A DNA stretch of 64,000 bases from a virus (lineage: Duplodnaviria > Caudoviricetes). The notes beneath the pieces were generated by a model. The model was not told the origin of the DNA. It did not search any database and worked only from the letters and a program-made list of their open reading frames with translations. How positions within the stretch are numbered: the stretch's first letter is position 1; every line of letters begins with the position of its first letter. Position numbers and translations under genes: made by a program. Location of the stretch: the IMG/VR virus record IMGVR_UViG_3300044620_001883, positions 32,001 through 96,000 of that record; one strand, written 5' to 3'. Positions 43,606-52,757 of this stretch are shown here, piece by piece.

Positions 43606-45411
43606 ATGGCAACCCGTGCGGAATTCGACCAGCTCCTAAACAGTATCTACCAGGACAACCCCACCTGGTGGCCTCACGGCCTCAAACGCGCCCAGCTCGA
43701 CGAGGCGTTCGCGATCCGAGACCCTGCGACGCGCAAGCTGGCTGGTTTCACAGGCTGGCAGTTCCGCAACGATCAGACAGGCAAGAAGGCTGGCTACTAC
43801 GCTGTGGGACTCCTGCCGGAGTTCCGGCGCCAGGGGCTTGCGAAGCGTGCCCTGCAGGAAATGTTCCAGGAGCACAAGCCGGCGGATGTCCAGGATGTCC
43901 GGGCCTACATTGTGCCCGGTAATGAGCCGAGCCTGAAGCTCGCCGACAAGCTCGGGGTGCCTGTGCAGCATAAGATGGCACGCTTGCGCTCCCAACCGCT
44001 TCCCTCTATGTTGACCAAAATGGCACGCCGACCTTCCTACGTTCCAGGCTCCTACGGGGGTGTTTCTCTCCAGCAGTACATGCCGCTGGCACCCCGCCGT
44101 GCTGTGCTGAACCCAGAGGAACAGGCCAACGTCGAGGAAGGACAGAGTCAATGGTTCCCAAAACTTTTCAGGTCTATGGCTGACAGTCCTGCTGTGGACA
44201 TGTCCTCCCCTGCCAAGGCATCCTTGATGACAGCCTTGGTTGGTGGTGGAGCAGTCGGCGCAGGTGCCCACTTCCTAGGAGCCAAGCCAGAACACACGGC
44301 AATGGCCGGCGGCGGTGCGGCGTTGCTGTCTGGGTTGCTCGGTTACCACAGCCGCAAGGCCAACAACGAGGGGATCATTGAGATGATGCGCCGCCTACCC
44401 CCAGGTGGGACCCGTCGCGACATGCTGGCTGACCCGGTGCTGCAGCAGGAACTCAACCGCGAGAGTCAGACCGGTGCCTCCGAGGAAGCCCTCCGGACGG
44501 CCCAACTTCTGGCCGTCTTGAAAGCCACGTCCAAGACGGCGGCGGTGAAGCAAGCCGGTTGGCCCGAGGTTGCCAAGGCGTTGTGGACAGGCACCAAATA
44601 CATGGCGGCACCAACAGCAGGTGCGGTCGGCATGGACGCGTTATACAACGCCCCCAGTGGACGGTTTCTCACGACTGAACATTGGAAGGAACGCCTGGCG
44701 GACGGTTTGCTGAACACTACCATGTTCGGGATTGGCAAAGGTACGGGACGGTTGCCTGGTGTTTCCGCACTCGCGAAGGCCGAAGCGGCAAAGCGGCCCG
44801 TACAATTGACCATCGACGCCGCCAAGAGGTTAAAGATGATGGGCGGAGCAACAGGTATGGCGGTAGCTATTCCCGGTGTGTTCGCGAAGGATTTAATGCG
44901 GCGTAACATGAACACGGGTTCTGATTTGGTGGCCGCCTTGTCCAAGGAGCGTGGGACCAACGTCAACGTCACGGCTCCCGCCAATACCTCTGTCAACGTC
45001 ACGTCCCCGAGCATCTTTGATCAGGCTTCTCAGTACATAGACAAGAATCCGGGAACAGCCATCGCGGGTGGGCTTCTGGGCGCCGGGCTGCTGGGTGGTG
45101 TCGGTTATCTGGGCCTCAAGGGCATCAATGCCCTGCAGGGTGTCGCGGACCGTGCGGAGCGCCCTGAGTCTGGACGTATCCGGGTGACACTACCAACCAA
45201 GAACAAGGGTGACGCGGAAACGCAGCTTGATCTGCCTGTGCAGGAGATGGCACTCTCGGATGCTCTGGTGGGCAAGATTCGCCGCGATGTTCGTGGTCGC
45301 CTCCGGCACGAAACTAACGAGCGTACCAAACGCGTGATCCTCTCCCCGGAAGAGCGCCAGCGTCGAGCTGAGTTGTTGGCAAGCTACCGTAATAACGCTG
45401 TGAACGTATGA
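43606..45411 (+). CDS. GNAT acetyltransferase fused to a KxA-motif virion-type protein
   Basis: AVGLLPEFRRQGLAKRAL (motif A), NEPSLKLADKLG (motif B); then KMAR x2, KTAA, KQAG and Gly-zipper helices. Confidence 0.8.
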   Translation: MATRAEFDQLLNSIYQDNPTWWPHGLKRAQLDEAFAIRDPATRKLAGFTGWQFRNDQTGKKAGYYAVGLLPEFRRQGLAKRALQEMFQEHKPADVQDVRAYIVPGNEPSLKLADKLGVPVQHKMARLRSQPLPSMLTKMARRPSYVPGSYGGVSLQQYMPLAPRRAVLNPEEQANVEEGQSQWFPKLFRSMADSPAVDMSSPAKASLMTALVGGGAVGAGAHFLGAKPEHTAMAGGGAALLSGLLGYHSRKANNEGIIEMMRRLPPGGTRRDMLADPVLQQELNRESQTGASEEALRTAQLLAVLKATSKTAAVKQAGWPEVAKALWTGTKYMAAPTAGAVGMDALYNAPSGRFLTTEHWKERLADGLLNTTMFGIGKGTGRLPGVSALAKAEAAKRPVQLTIDAAKRLKMMGGATGMAVAIPGVFAKDLMRRNMNTGSDLVAALSKERGTNVNVTAPANTSVNVTSPSIFDQASQYIDKNPGTAIAGGLLGAGLLGGVGYLGLKGINALQGVADRAERPESGRIRVTLPTKNKGDAETQLDLPVQEMALSDALVGKIRRDVRGRLRHETNERTKRVILSPEERQRRAELLASYRNNAVNV

Positions 45412-46856
45412 CCACTCTTTCGCCCTTCATCAAGCTCGCACTCCTGCAGGACGGCGTCTCACCCAAGAGCGCCCCGGGTCCTGTGCGGCCTGCGGATCAA
45501 ACCAACGGCATCAAGCCAATCGTGATCCCGAACCATGCGGCTGAGGATCCGAACGCAGTCTCCCCTGAACAGACCAAGGCCGAGCAGGGACAGGTCAAGG
45601 CTGAGCAAACAGCCCAGCAGGCGCAGATGAAGGCCTTGGAAGCAGGCCATCAGCAGAAGCTGCAGCAGCAACAGATCCTGCACACCAAGGCCATGTCCAA
45701 CGCGGCAAACAACATGGGCGCTGGTTATTTCGGTAAGCGCTTCTCGACGACCATGGGGAACATCAGCAAGCTCACCCAGCAGGCAAGCATGTCCCGGTTG
45801 AACCATGGGCTCTATGGTCTCAAAACAGCGGCAGATGCTCCGAGTGCGCCCACCCTGACCCGCTCTGGCAAACCCTGGCCAACCGGGCGGGCCGCACCAA
45901 CAGGCGTGCTGAAGGGACCGCATATTGCGGATCTGTACCGCGACAACGGAATCAATTACAAAGCCCTGCAGGCTGGGCACTACGGTGATCCTGCGGCGCC
46001 TGTGCCAGGTGTCATGGACACGCTCTGGAATGGGATTAAGGAGCCCAGCAAGGCCCTGCCGATTGCACGTGCCGGTATCAGTACAGTTCCGGGTCTTAAC
46101 TGGTTTGCAGGTGACAAACCGGTCACGCCTTTCGGAGAGACACCGTGGCAACCCTTTTCGAACTCGGCCAAACCAGGTACGGTGGGAGCGTTGATGCCTA
46201 CCAGCTTACTCAACGGCGTAGCTAACGCGACGCAGTGGATGGGCAATAAAGCGCTCAACTTACCACGTGTACTGGGCAACGCCGGCTTGGCTGTAGGTGC
46301 AACAGGACTAGGGGCAGCCTCCCACACTGGCCAGGCTTACGCAGCAGCGCCCGATGCCTACAAGGAACTCTCGGCAGCTCATGCAACCCCGGAGGGAATC
46401 TGGAATACCCCGACCGACAAGCTGACTAAAACCAAGGCGATGCTTGGTCAACTTGGTTCGGGTGCACTGGATACTGCTAACACGGCTTTCACGGTTACTC
46501 CCTGGAAAGGGGTCGGACTGGCGGCGAAACCAATTGCGAAACTGCTGGGCCTCTCGTTTCCGCTCATGGAGGGGCCGATGGCCAACATGGGGCATGACGC
46601 GACTGTCGCACAGGCGACTGCCCAACAGCAGGCGCTGCGCGAGGCGGCGGCCAAGGCAGGACAACCATTGACCACCCCCAGCGGCTCAGGTGAATGGTTG
46701 CAAGGGCTGCTTGGACAGCTCGGCACCTACCTGAAGAATCGCACAGGCTCCATGGTAGCAGGTGGACAACCACAGACGCTGCCCTCCACAGTAGGGGCGC
46801 AAGGGCTGCCTGTGCGCTCCATGACGGGATTCTTGCGGGAAGCACTCGGAACCTAA
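45408..46856 (+). CDS. KxA-motif Ala/Gly/Pro/Gln-rich virion-type protein
   Basis: IKLAL, LKTAA; hydrophobic Gly-rich segment. Confidence 0.75.
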   Translation: MTTLSPFIKLALLQDGVSPKSAPGPVRPADQTNGIKPIVIPNHAAEDPNAVSPEQTKAEQGQVKAEQTAQQAQMKALEAGHQQKLQQQQILHTKAMSNAANNMGAGYFGKRFSTTMGNISKLTQQASMSRLNHGLYGLKTAADAPSAPTLTRSGKPWPTGRAAPTGVLKGPHIADLYRDNGINYKALQAGHYGDPAAPVPGVMDTLWNGIKEPSKALPIARAGISTVPGLNWFAGDKPVTPFGETPWQPFSNSAKPGTVGALMPTSLLNGVANATQWMGNKALNLPRVLGNAGLAVGATGLGAASHTGQAYAAAPDAYKELSAAHATPEGIWNTPTDKLTKTKAMLGQLGSGALDTANTAFTVTPWKGVGLAAKPIAKLLGLSFPLMEGPMANMGHDATVAQATAQQQALREAAAKAGQPLTTPSGSGEWLQGLLGQLGTYLKNRTGSMVAGGQPQTLPSTVGAQGLPVRSMTGFLREALGT

Positions 46857-46868
46857 AGTCCACGCCTC

Positions 46869-47309
46869 ATGTTCAAAGCACCTCTCATCAACGCCGCCGC
46901 CAACACAAGCCCGAGCGCGCACATCAGACTCAACTACGGCACCCCAAGTGGGGAGGCCCTGCCGAGTCTGACATCCAGCCCAATGGCGGATGCGCTGCTG
47001 CGCTTTGGTCGGGCGGCTCTAATGCCCGCAGGGCGTGCTGAGACGTTTGAACCTTCAACATACCGCCTGCCGAATCTCATAGGGCGCATGAACGGCAGTT
47101 ACGGGGTGGGTGGTGAGTTCTACGCAAAGGCGCTCGGCAACGTGGAGGCAGCGCAACAGCTTGCAGCGCAGTCTCAGGCTGGTCTCATGGCCGCCGTGCA
47201 GGGCACCGGTGCCGCCCCCTACGCGCTACCGCTGTATGAAACCTTGCAGGACCCACGTTGGGGACCTGAGGCCAGCAATCTCCGCAACGCGCTTTTCCAT
47301 GCATCGTGA
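46869..47309 (+). CDS. Hypothetical protein (probably virion)
   Basis: Ala-rich, between virion and RNAP genes. Confidence 0.7.
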   Translation: MFKAPLINAAANTSPSAHIRLNYGTPSGEALPSLTSSPMADALLRFGRAALMPAGRAETFEPSTYRLPNLIGRMNGSYGVGGEFYAKALGNVEAAQQLAAQSQAGLMAAVQGTGAAPYALPLYETLQDPRWGPEASNLRNALFHAS

Positions 47310-49203
47310 AGTCGTTAACGCCCAGTATGAATTGGATCGGCGCCCTGAAGAGGACGTCGATTTCGAGTTCATGTCTCCCAATCAATTCGTCGGTCCCAAT
47401 GTCGGGCTGATCCCGCTGCAGAATGCCGTCCAACCTACCCGGTTGTTCTACGGTGCCCGTTTCGCCAACCAGGCACAACCACTGGTAAAACCAGAGGCAC
47501 CATGGATCCAGACCAGCATGGATGACACGCCGGACACGTCATTTGACGACATGCTTGGCGGTACGGCCGGCGCTATCCGCTCTGACGGGGACGCCACGGT
47601 TGAGGATGTGGCGGACACACAAATCAAACTGCGACTGGCAGATGGAACTCCCAAGGTGATCGGGCTGTATCGCAACATGCCCTTCAACCGGTACAGCGGA
47701 ATCACACAGACCCCGACGGTCACGAAGGGACAGACTGTCAAAGCCAAGGACCTGCTGGCCCGTTCCAACTTCACAGACGAGAAGGGTTCCCTGGCGTTAG
47801 GCCTCAACGCCCGTGTGGGGGTTGTTCCCTTCAAGGGGTTCTCGATGGATGATGCCATGGTGGTCTCGGACAAGTTCGCAAAGCGGGCCACCAGCCTCCA
47901 TCTGGATTCCATCGACAAGGACTTTTCAGGGGGCAACCTGAAGAGCGGCCAAGACCACTTCAAGTCACTGTTCCCTGACATGTACACCAAAGATCAGCTC
48001 ACGCTGCTGGACGAGCACGGCATCGTGCGTCCAGGTCAGGTTGTACAACCGGGCGACCCTCTGATCCTGGCCACCCGTCCGCGCAACTTCAATTCAGCCC
48101 AGTCACAAAGCCTGGGGCGCTTGGGCAAGGTAGCGAGACAGCTCCGCGCGGATGCCTCTGTGCAGTGGGACAGCGCAGTGCCAGGTACCGTCACGGACGT
48201 GGTGCGCAAGAATGACGGATCTGTGAAGGTGCTGGTCGAGAGTCATCGCCCCATGCAGAAGGGCGACAAGCTTGTCCTGCGCTCGGGCCAGAAGGGGATC
48301 GTCTCAGCGGTCATCCCCGAGCATGAGATGCTCCGCACAGCGTCGGGTGAACCGCTGGAGATGCTGCTCAACCAACAGGGTCTCCCATCGCGTGCCAACC
48401 CCTCGCTGTTACTTGAGATCCTTCTTGGAAAAGTTGCAGCCAAGTCAGGCACCCCAATGAAGCTCCCGGCGTTCAATCCGAACGAGGACAGTTGGATAGA
48501 CTTTGTGGCGGCCAAGCTCAAGGAAGCAGGCATGACCGACAAGGAGACTGTGTTCGATCCCAAGGACAACCGCAAGCTGGACAGGCCGATCACAACCGGC
48601 AATGCCTACGTGTTGAAGCTGCACCACATCGCAGAGCACAAATACGACGCACGTGGGCAAGGGGGGTATGACCAGGACGGACAACCTTCGAAGGGGTCTG
48701 GCCTTGGTGGCGGCGCCAAACGTCGCTCAGGTCTCGAGACTACCGTGATGCTCAGCAGCGGCGCGTACAACAACCTCCGGGAGTCCAGCACATTGACGGG
48801 GCAGCAGAACGATGATTTCTGGCGCACCTTCAGGTCAGGGCAAACCCCCAAAGCTCCAGGCTCTCCTTTTGTGTTCCAAAAGTTCAGGGCACTTCTGAAC
48901 GGTGCTGGCATGCACGCGCGCGAAATGGGCGGCGGCAAACTTCGGTTGGGTCTCCTGACTGACAAACAGCTCGAGCAATTCAAACCCCTGAAAGTACATT
49001 CCGGTGAGACCATTGACTTCCGCACCTTGGCTCCCAAGGCAGGCGGTCTCTTCGACCCGGCATTGGTGGCCAACAAGAACTGGGGTTACATTGACCTCCC
49101 GGAGCCTATGCCGAACCCAGCCGCAGAGGACACCATTCGCCAGCTGCTTGGGATCACTCGCAAGGACTTCGAGGAAGTTCTTGCCGGTACTCGGCCGCTG
49201 TGA
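47299..49203 (+). CDS. RNA polymerase beta C-terminal fragment fused to the beta-prime N-terminal segment
   Basis: GFSMDDA, GDKLVLRSGQKG, GLPSRAN, LKLHH..ARG, GGGAKR; then LGLL..ETIDFRTLAPKAGGLFD..WGYIDLPEP (RpoC region A without the Zn ribbon). Confidence 0.92.
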   Translation: MHREVVNAQYELDRRPEEDVDFEFMSPNQFVGPNVGLIPLQNAVQPTRLFYGARFANQAQPLVKPEAPWIQTSMDDTPDTSFDDMLGGTAGAIRSDGDATVEDVADTQIKLRLADGTPKVIGLYRNMPFNRYSGITQTPTVTKGQTVKAKDLLARSNFTDEKGSLALGLNARVGVVPFKGFSMDDAMVVSDKFAKRATSLHLDSIDKDFSGGNLKSGQDHFKSLFPDMYTKDQLTLLDEHGIVRPGQVVQPGDPLILATRPRNFNSAQSQSLGRLGKVARQLRADASVQWDSAVPGTVTDVVRKNDGSVKVLVESHRPMQKGDKLVLRSGQKGIVSAVIPEHEMLRTASGEPLEMLLNQQGLPSRANPSLLLEILLGKVAAKSGTPMKLPAFNPNEDSWIDFVAAKLKEAGMTDKETVFDPKDNRKLDRPITTGNAYVLKLHHIAEHKYDARGQGGYDQDGQPSKGSGLGGGAKRRSGLETTVMLSSGAYNNLRESSTLTGQQNDDFWRTFRSGQTPKAPGSPFVFQKFRALLNGAGMHAREMGGGKLRLGLLTDKQLEQFKPLKVHSGETIDFRTLAPKAGGLFDPALVANKNWGYIDLPEPMPNPAAEDTIRQLLGITRKDFEEVLAGTRPL

Positions 49204-49220
49204 AACATTTACTCATTCCT

Positions 49221-49850
49221 ATGAACCTGCCATTCCGTATCAATCTCACGACTTTCATCATCAAGCGCGCTGCGGGTGAACCAGCCCAAGCGCCAATTAA
49301 CCCCCGCATCCTGGCCGCCATCCTTGGTGGTGGAGCCGGGGCGCTCGGGGGTGGCGCCATTCAGGGTGTCCGTAAGCTCATGCAGAGCAAACGGGATGAG
49401 GAGGAGAACGGTTCTCCCTCGATCCTGAAAGGTATGCTGCTCGGGGGTCTTGGTGGTGCTGGGGTTGGTGCGGGCTTGGAACACTGGCGTGGGCAGGGTG
49501 GTTCCGATGAATCATCGATACCAGCGTTTGCAGATCACTCCAGTCAGCTTGCAGGAGCAGCAGGGCTAACCCCAACTAAACCCATCACCGGTTCCGTCAG
49601 GGAAATGGAGGAGGGCGCGGGTTACCCGACACGCCCAACTAACTGGGGAGCACAGAGCAAGGCAGATCCATTACAGACGAATCTGCTCCGTACACCCGCT
49701 AGGTTTGGCGGAGTACCGAATGAGAACGAGCAAGCAATGTTATCGTCAGCTATGTTCAAAAAAATTCTGATGGGGGCTCCGTCTCCAAGTTCGCTACTTT
49801 CAGGAACAATACCAGCTCCGTCTCTCCCGCCGTACGCAGGAGGCGCATAG
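49221..49850 (+). CDS. KxA-motif Gly-zipper protein
   Basis: IKRAA; GGGAGALGGGA and GGLGGAGVGAG helices; alternative GTG start at 49200. Confidence 0.75.
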   Translation: MNLPFRINLTTFIIKRAAGEPAQAPINPRILAAILGGGAGALGGGAIQGVRKLMQSKRDEEENGSPSILKGMLLGGLGGAGVGAGLEHWRGQGGSDESSIPAFADHSSQLAGAAGLTPTKPITGSVREMEEGAGYPTRPTNWGAQSKADPLQTNLLRTPARFGGVPNENEQAMLSSAMFKKILMGAPSPSSLLSGTIPAPSLPPYAGGA

Positions 49851-49870
49851 CGCAGTAAAATCAGCACTTA

Positions 49871-50221
49871 GTGTCCACCAAGGCCTATCACGAGTACAGG
49901 GGGCAACAGCAGTTTGTCCGGTTTGATTTCGGCGTCACAGAAGCGTTCCCGCAAGGTACAAACTACATTGAAGTGCAGGTGGTAGGCTCCCATACGGAGC
50001 GCACCCCGGTGACAATCTCGTCGGATCTTACAATTGAGAAGGAGGACGATGACTGGTACTGGGATCGGCGCGATGAGTGGAACATCGCAGTAGATCAGCT
50101 CCTCAGTACACTGTTGACCGTGCTCACGCACAACCCGCAGCTGTTGGATCTGGAGCGTCCCGACTCCTCGACCGCAGACATGTTCACGGATTTATTCGAC
50201 ACGCTTGGAAACCAGTTTTGA
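49871..50221 (+). CDS. Acidic hypothetical protein
   Basis: GTG start; 116 aa. Confidence 0.6.
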   Translation: MSTKAYHEYRGQQQFVRFDFGVTEAFPQGTNYIEVQVVGSHTERTPVTISSDLTIEKEDDDWYWDRRDEWNIAVDQLLSTLLTVLTHNPQLLDLERPDSSTADMFTDLFDTLGNQF

Positions 50222-50742
50222 ACAAACTACGAAATCTTATCCTCAAGTGCCACACTGCGTGGTACTGGCTCTCAGAAGGTACCTACGATGTGTACGTGGC
50301 CTTGACAGACTGGCGACCGGTCCTGACTGATCTGACCAGCATTTGGGTCGGTGTCATGCTGTGTGGTTGTCTCAATGCCTTGGTGACGATTCCGGACCAT
50401 CCGTTGTTGGGTTGTGTGTTTCTGCTGTGCTGTGCGAGCAGCATAAAGATCTCGCTGGCGACCAGTGACAACACGTACGCGCGTGCCTACGGGACGTTGG
50501 AGGCGCGGCAAAACATGCTGAAGAGCATGGAGGTTGCGGTGATAAATTTGCAGCAACAGGCACGGGATCCGAAGCAACTCGAATGGCGTGTCTTACAGCA
50601 AGCCGTGCAGGACTTGTACCTCAGCAACCTGACGGCGATGAAACGTCATGAGCAGTACAGGCAGGGTATGCGGTTTCGTGCGCAGCAGTGGTGTTATGAG
50701 AAGTACCAATTCCTGACAGGATGTCACAGAAGATCTCATTGA
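50218..50742 (+). CDS. 2-TM membrane protein
   Basis: TTGA overlap; two hydrophobic helices then a coiled coil. Confidence 0.6.
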   Translation: MNKLRNLILKCHTAWYWLSEGTYDVYVALTDWRPVLTDLTSIWVGVMLCGCLNALVTIPDHPLLGCVFLLCCASSIKISLATSDNTYARAYGTLEARQNMLKSMEVAVINLQQQARDPKQLEWRVLQQAVQDLYLSNLTAMKRHEQYRQGMRFRAQQWCYEKYQFLTGCHRRSH

Positions 50743-51101
50743 ACGCCCAAGCGGATCACGTGATTCTGATATCACGCGAGGGTGAACCGAGCACGAAGCT
50801 GGAGTTTAGGTGCAGTACAATAACCGCCATGACCATGGAGGAAGTGCTGAGCAGAGTGCAGTCTGCCGTGACGGATTGGATTATTGAGACGGACGAGGGC
50901 AAGCGTGCCTGGCAGGATTCTGTGGAGGACTTTAATGTCGGAGACCTGAGTCTGGAATTATGCGCCCAGCTCCATGAGCATCTCCGTAGCTGGGGTATCT
51001 TGAATGTCTCAGTCTCGTCACCGGACCACGACGTCTGTCCGGCGTGGAACTATGACACCGTGTTGGCTGAACGGTCGCGGTTGGAGGGCCTCGCCTCGTG
51101 A
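50721..51101 (+). CDS. Hypothetical protein
   Basis: 126 aa. Confidence 0.7.
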   Translation: MSQKISLNAQADHVILISREGEPSTKLEFRCSTITAMTMEEVLSRVQSAVTDWIIETDEGKRAWQDSVEDFNVGDLSLELCAQLHEHLRSWGILNVSVSSPDHDVCPAWNYDTVLAERSRLEGLAS

Positions 51102-51775
51102 GCGGTACTGTCGAGTACCCCTTCCTGTACGAGGCCACAGATGCTCAGCTGCAACGATTCTTCATGTTGACGGCCTTTGTGGCGGGTAAACATGCTGGCG
51201 TTCAGCAACGCAAGTTGGACGCCCTGCTGGGTGACTGGCGGGAGCTGTACGGACTGCGCTGTCCCTTCGACTGTTTGTCCATGTTATGGGCCGACGCGCG
51301 AAAGTGTGTTCCGGACAGCGGAGCGGAAGCGCAGCGTGTGGTGAAAGAGGAGCCGGCATTGGTGATCTGGCTACAGCAACACAAGGTTGGTCAGTACGTG
51401 CGCTTGTCGCGGTTGCTGTTCCATGTGGCAGCCAGGCACTATGAGGGGTTGCTGAATCTCCGCACCTGCACACGCGAGGACCTCGTAACGCTTCCCGGTT
51501 ACGGCCTCAAGAGCGCCTCTATGCTCATGCTATTCACACGCCCCGGATTGCAGTTGGCCTGCCTGGATACCCACATCTTACAGTACATGCAGCGCAAACG
51601 CCTGTGTGCTGGGATTCCCAAAACAACTCCTTCCGGTAATGAGTATTTGCGGTTGGAGAAGGCGTTCTTGCATCATTGTGATGAGCTGGGCCGCGTACCG
51701 GCAGAACTGGACTTCGAGATCTGGAAAGAAAACTCAGTGACGATGCGTGGACAAAAGTTCCTGACAGAGCTATGA
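51098..51775 (+). CDS. HhH-GPD-type DNA glycosylase (Ogg-like)
   Basis: LVTLPGYGLKSAS (HhH with Lys), LACLDTHI (catalytic Asp), YLRLE..F..ELDFEIW. Confidence 0.75.
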   Translation: MSGTVEYPFLYEATDAQLQRFFMLTAFVAGKHAGVQQRKLDALLGDWRELYGLRCPFDCLSMLWADARKCVPDSGAEAQRVVKEEPALVIWLQQHKVGQYVRLSRLLFHVAARHYEGLLNLRTCTREDLVTLPGYGLKSASMLMLFTRPGLQLACLDTHILQYMQRKRLCAGIPKTTPSGNEYLRLEKAFLHHCDELGRVPAELDFEIWKENSVTMRGQKFLTEL

Positions 51776-52293
51776 GCAGGCGTAGCACCAAAGCAACGCG
51801 GGACAAGTTCGTACAAGATTTCGTAAAATCCTGGGCAAGGGGGAGGGCACGCTTCGAAGCCATGCGCCGTCGTTTTGCGGCGGAGGCTGGGTGCGAAGTG
51901 ACGATTCATCCTAGACCTGAAAAGTACTATTGGAACTTTGTGATAATCCAGCAAGGGCTTGCTCCAGCCCTGCGTAAACTTCTTGGTCCCGAGGCGGCCG
52001 TGCTAGGTCCAATGGGGTTGTACTGTGATCTTACAGTCGTGGCGAATCTAATGCGTACGCGCAGTCCGTCCTTGGAGTTGAGATTCACGAACTACAACAA
52101 AGCGTCACTGCACTTTGTGTTACCGTCCGTAGCGAGACAAGCCAAATTCGCCCCCGGTTCCCTCGGCGCCATCAATGGGGGTAATCGTAAAAGCATCCCG
52201 ATCCCAGATGACTTTACCGTCGGGCAGCTCGTCGACCTCCTGTTAGCCGGGCGGCGCGCCCAGCGGAAGTTTTTCAAGACACTGTTGTCATGA
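51772..52293 (+). CDS. Basic hypothetical protein
   Basis: ATGA overlaps. Confidence 0.7.
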   Translation: MSRRSTKATRDKFVQDFVKSWARGRARFEAMRRRFAAEAGCEVTIHPRPEKYYWNFVIIQQGLAPALRKLLGPEAAVLGPMGLYCDLTVVANLMRTRSPSLELRFTNYNKASLHFVLPSVARQAKFAPGSLGAINGGNRKSIPIPDDFTVGQLVDLLLAGRRAQRKFFKTLLS

Positions 52294-52757
52294 CCTCCCC
52301 ACCTATTCCCGCAGGGCTTCCTCCCGAGGAAGCCATTAAACGAGTGCTGACGGATCAACTCGATCAGCCGGAGTGCTGGGCCAAAGCCCTCGTGAATCTT
52401 TCGGAGTTAGACAGAGAGTGCCAAGTGGACGCCCTGGTTATGCTGCAGCTGGCGCAGCCCATAAGACAGTTTCTGCATCAGGTCGCGGGGGGCAATTCGG
52501 AAATCAATCAGACGATGCGGCGAGCTCGTATGTTCTTGTACGCGCTGAGCCTCAAACCTGGTACGGTTACTCTGGGTATGCATCCGGACAAACAAGGGCA
52601 TGTGTTGACCCTCAAACTGGACTTGGGTGCGGTTCCTCTGCTGGAGGAGTTCTATGAGGAGGAAGACAAGGCGCAGGCGCTTGACGAATACGCGCTACTG
52701 ACGGAACTGAGAATGCCGGCCAATGCCTTGCACACCACGCACGACAAGGACGCATGA
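52290..52757 (+). CDS. Hypothetical protein
   Basis: ATGA overlaps. Confidence 0.7.
   Translation: MTSPPIPAGLPPEEAIKRVLTDQLDQPECWAKALVNLSELDRECQVDALVMLQLAQPIRQFLHQVAGGNSEINQTMRRARMFLYALSLKPGTVTLGMHPDKQGHVLTLKLDLGAVPLLEEFYEEEDKAQALDEYALLTELRMPANALHTTHDKDA

Noticed and set aside
4883-47298. Upstream extensions in the ORF track (4883, 16308, 30340, 47110 etc.)
   Set aside because: They overlap upstream genes extensively; later ATGs (5087, 16422, 30445, 47299) give normal stop-start coupling and match homology starts
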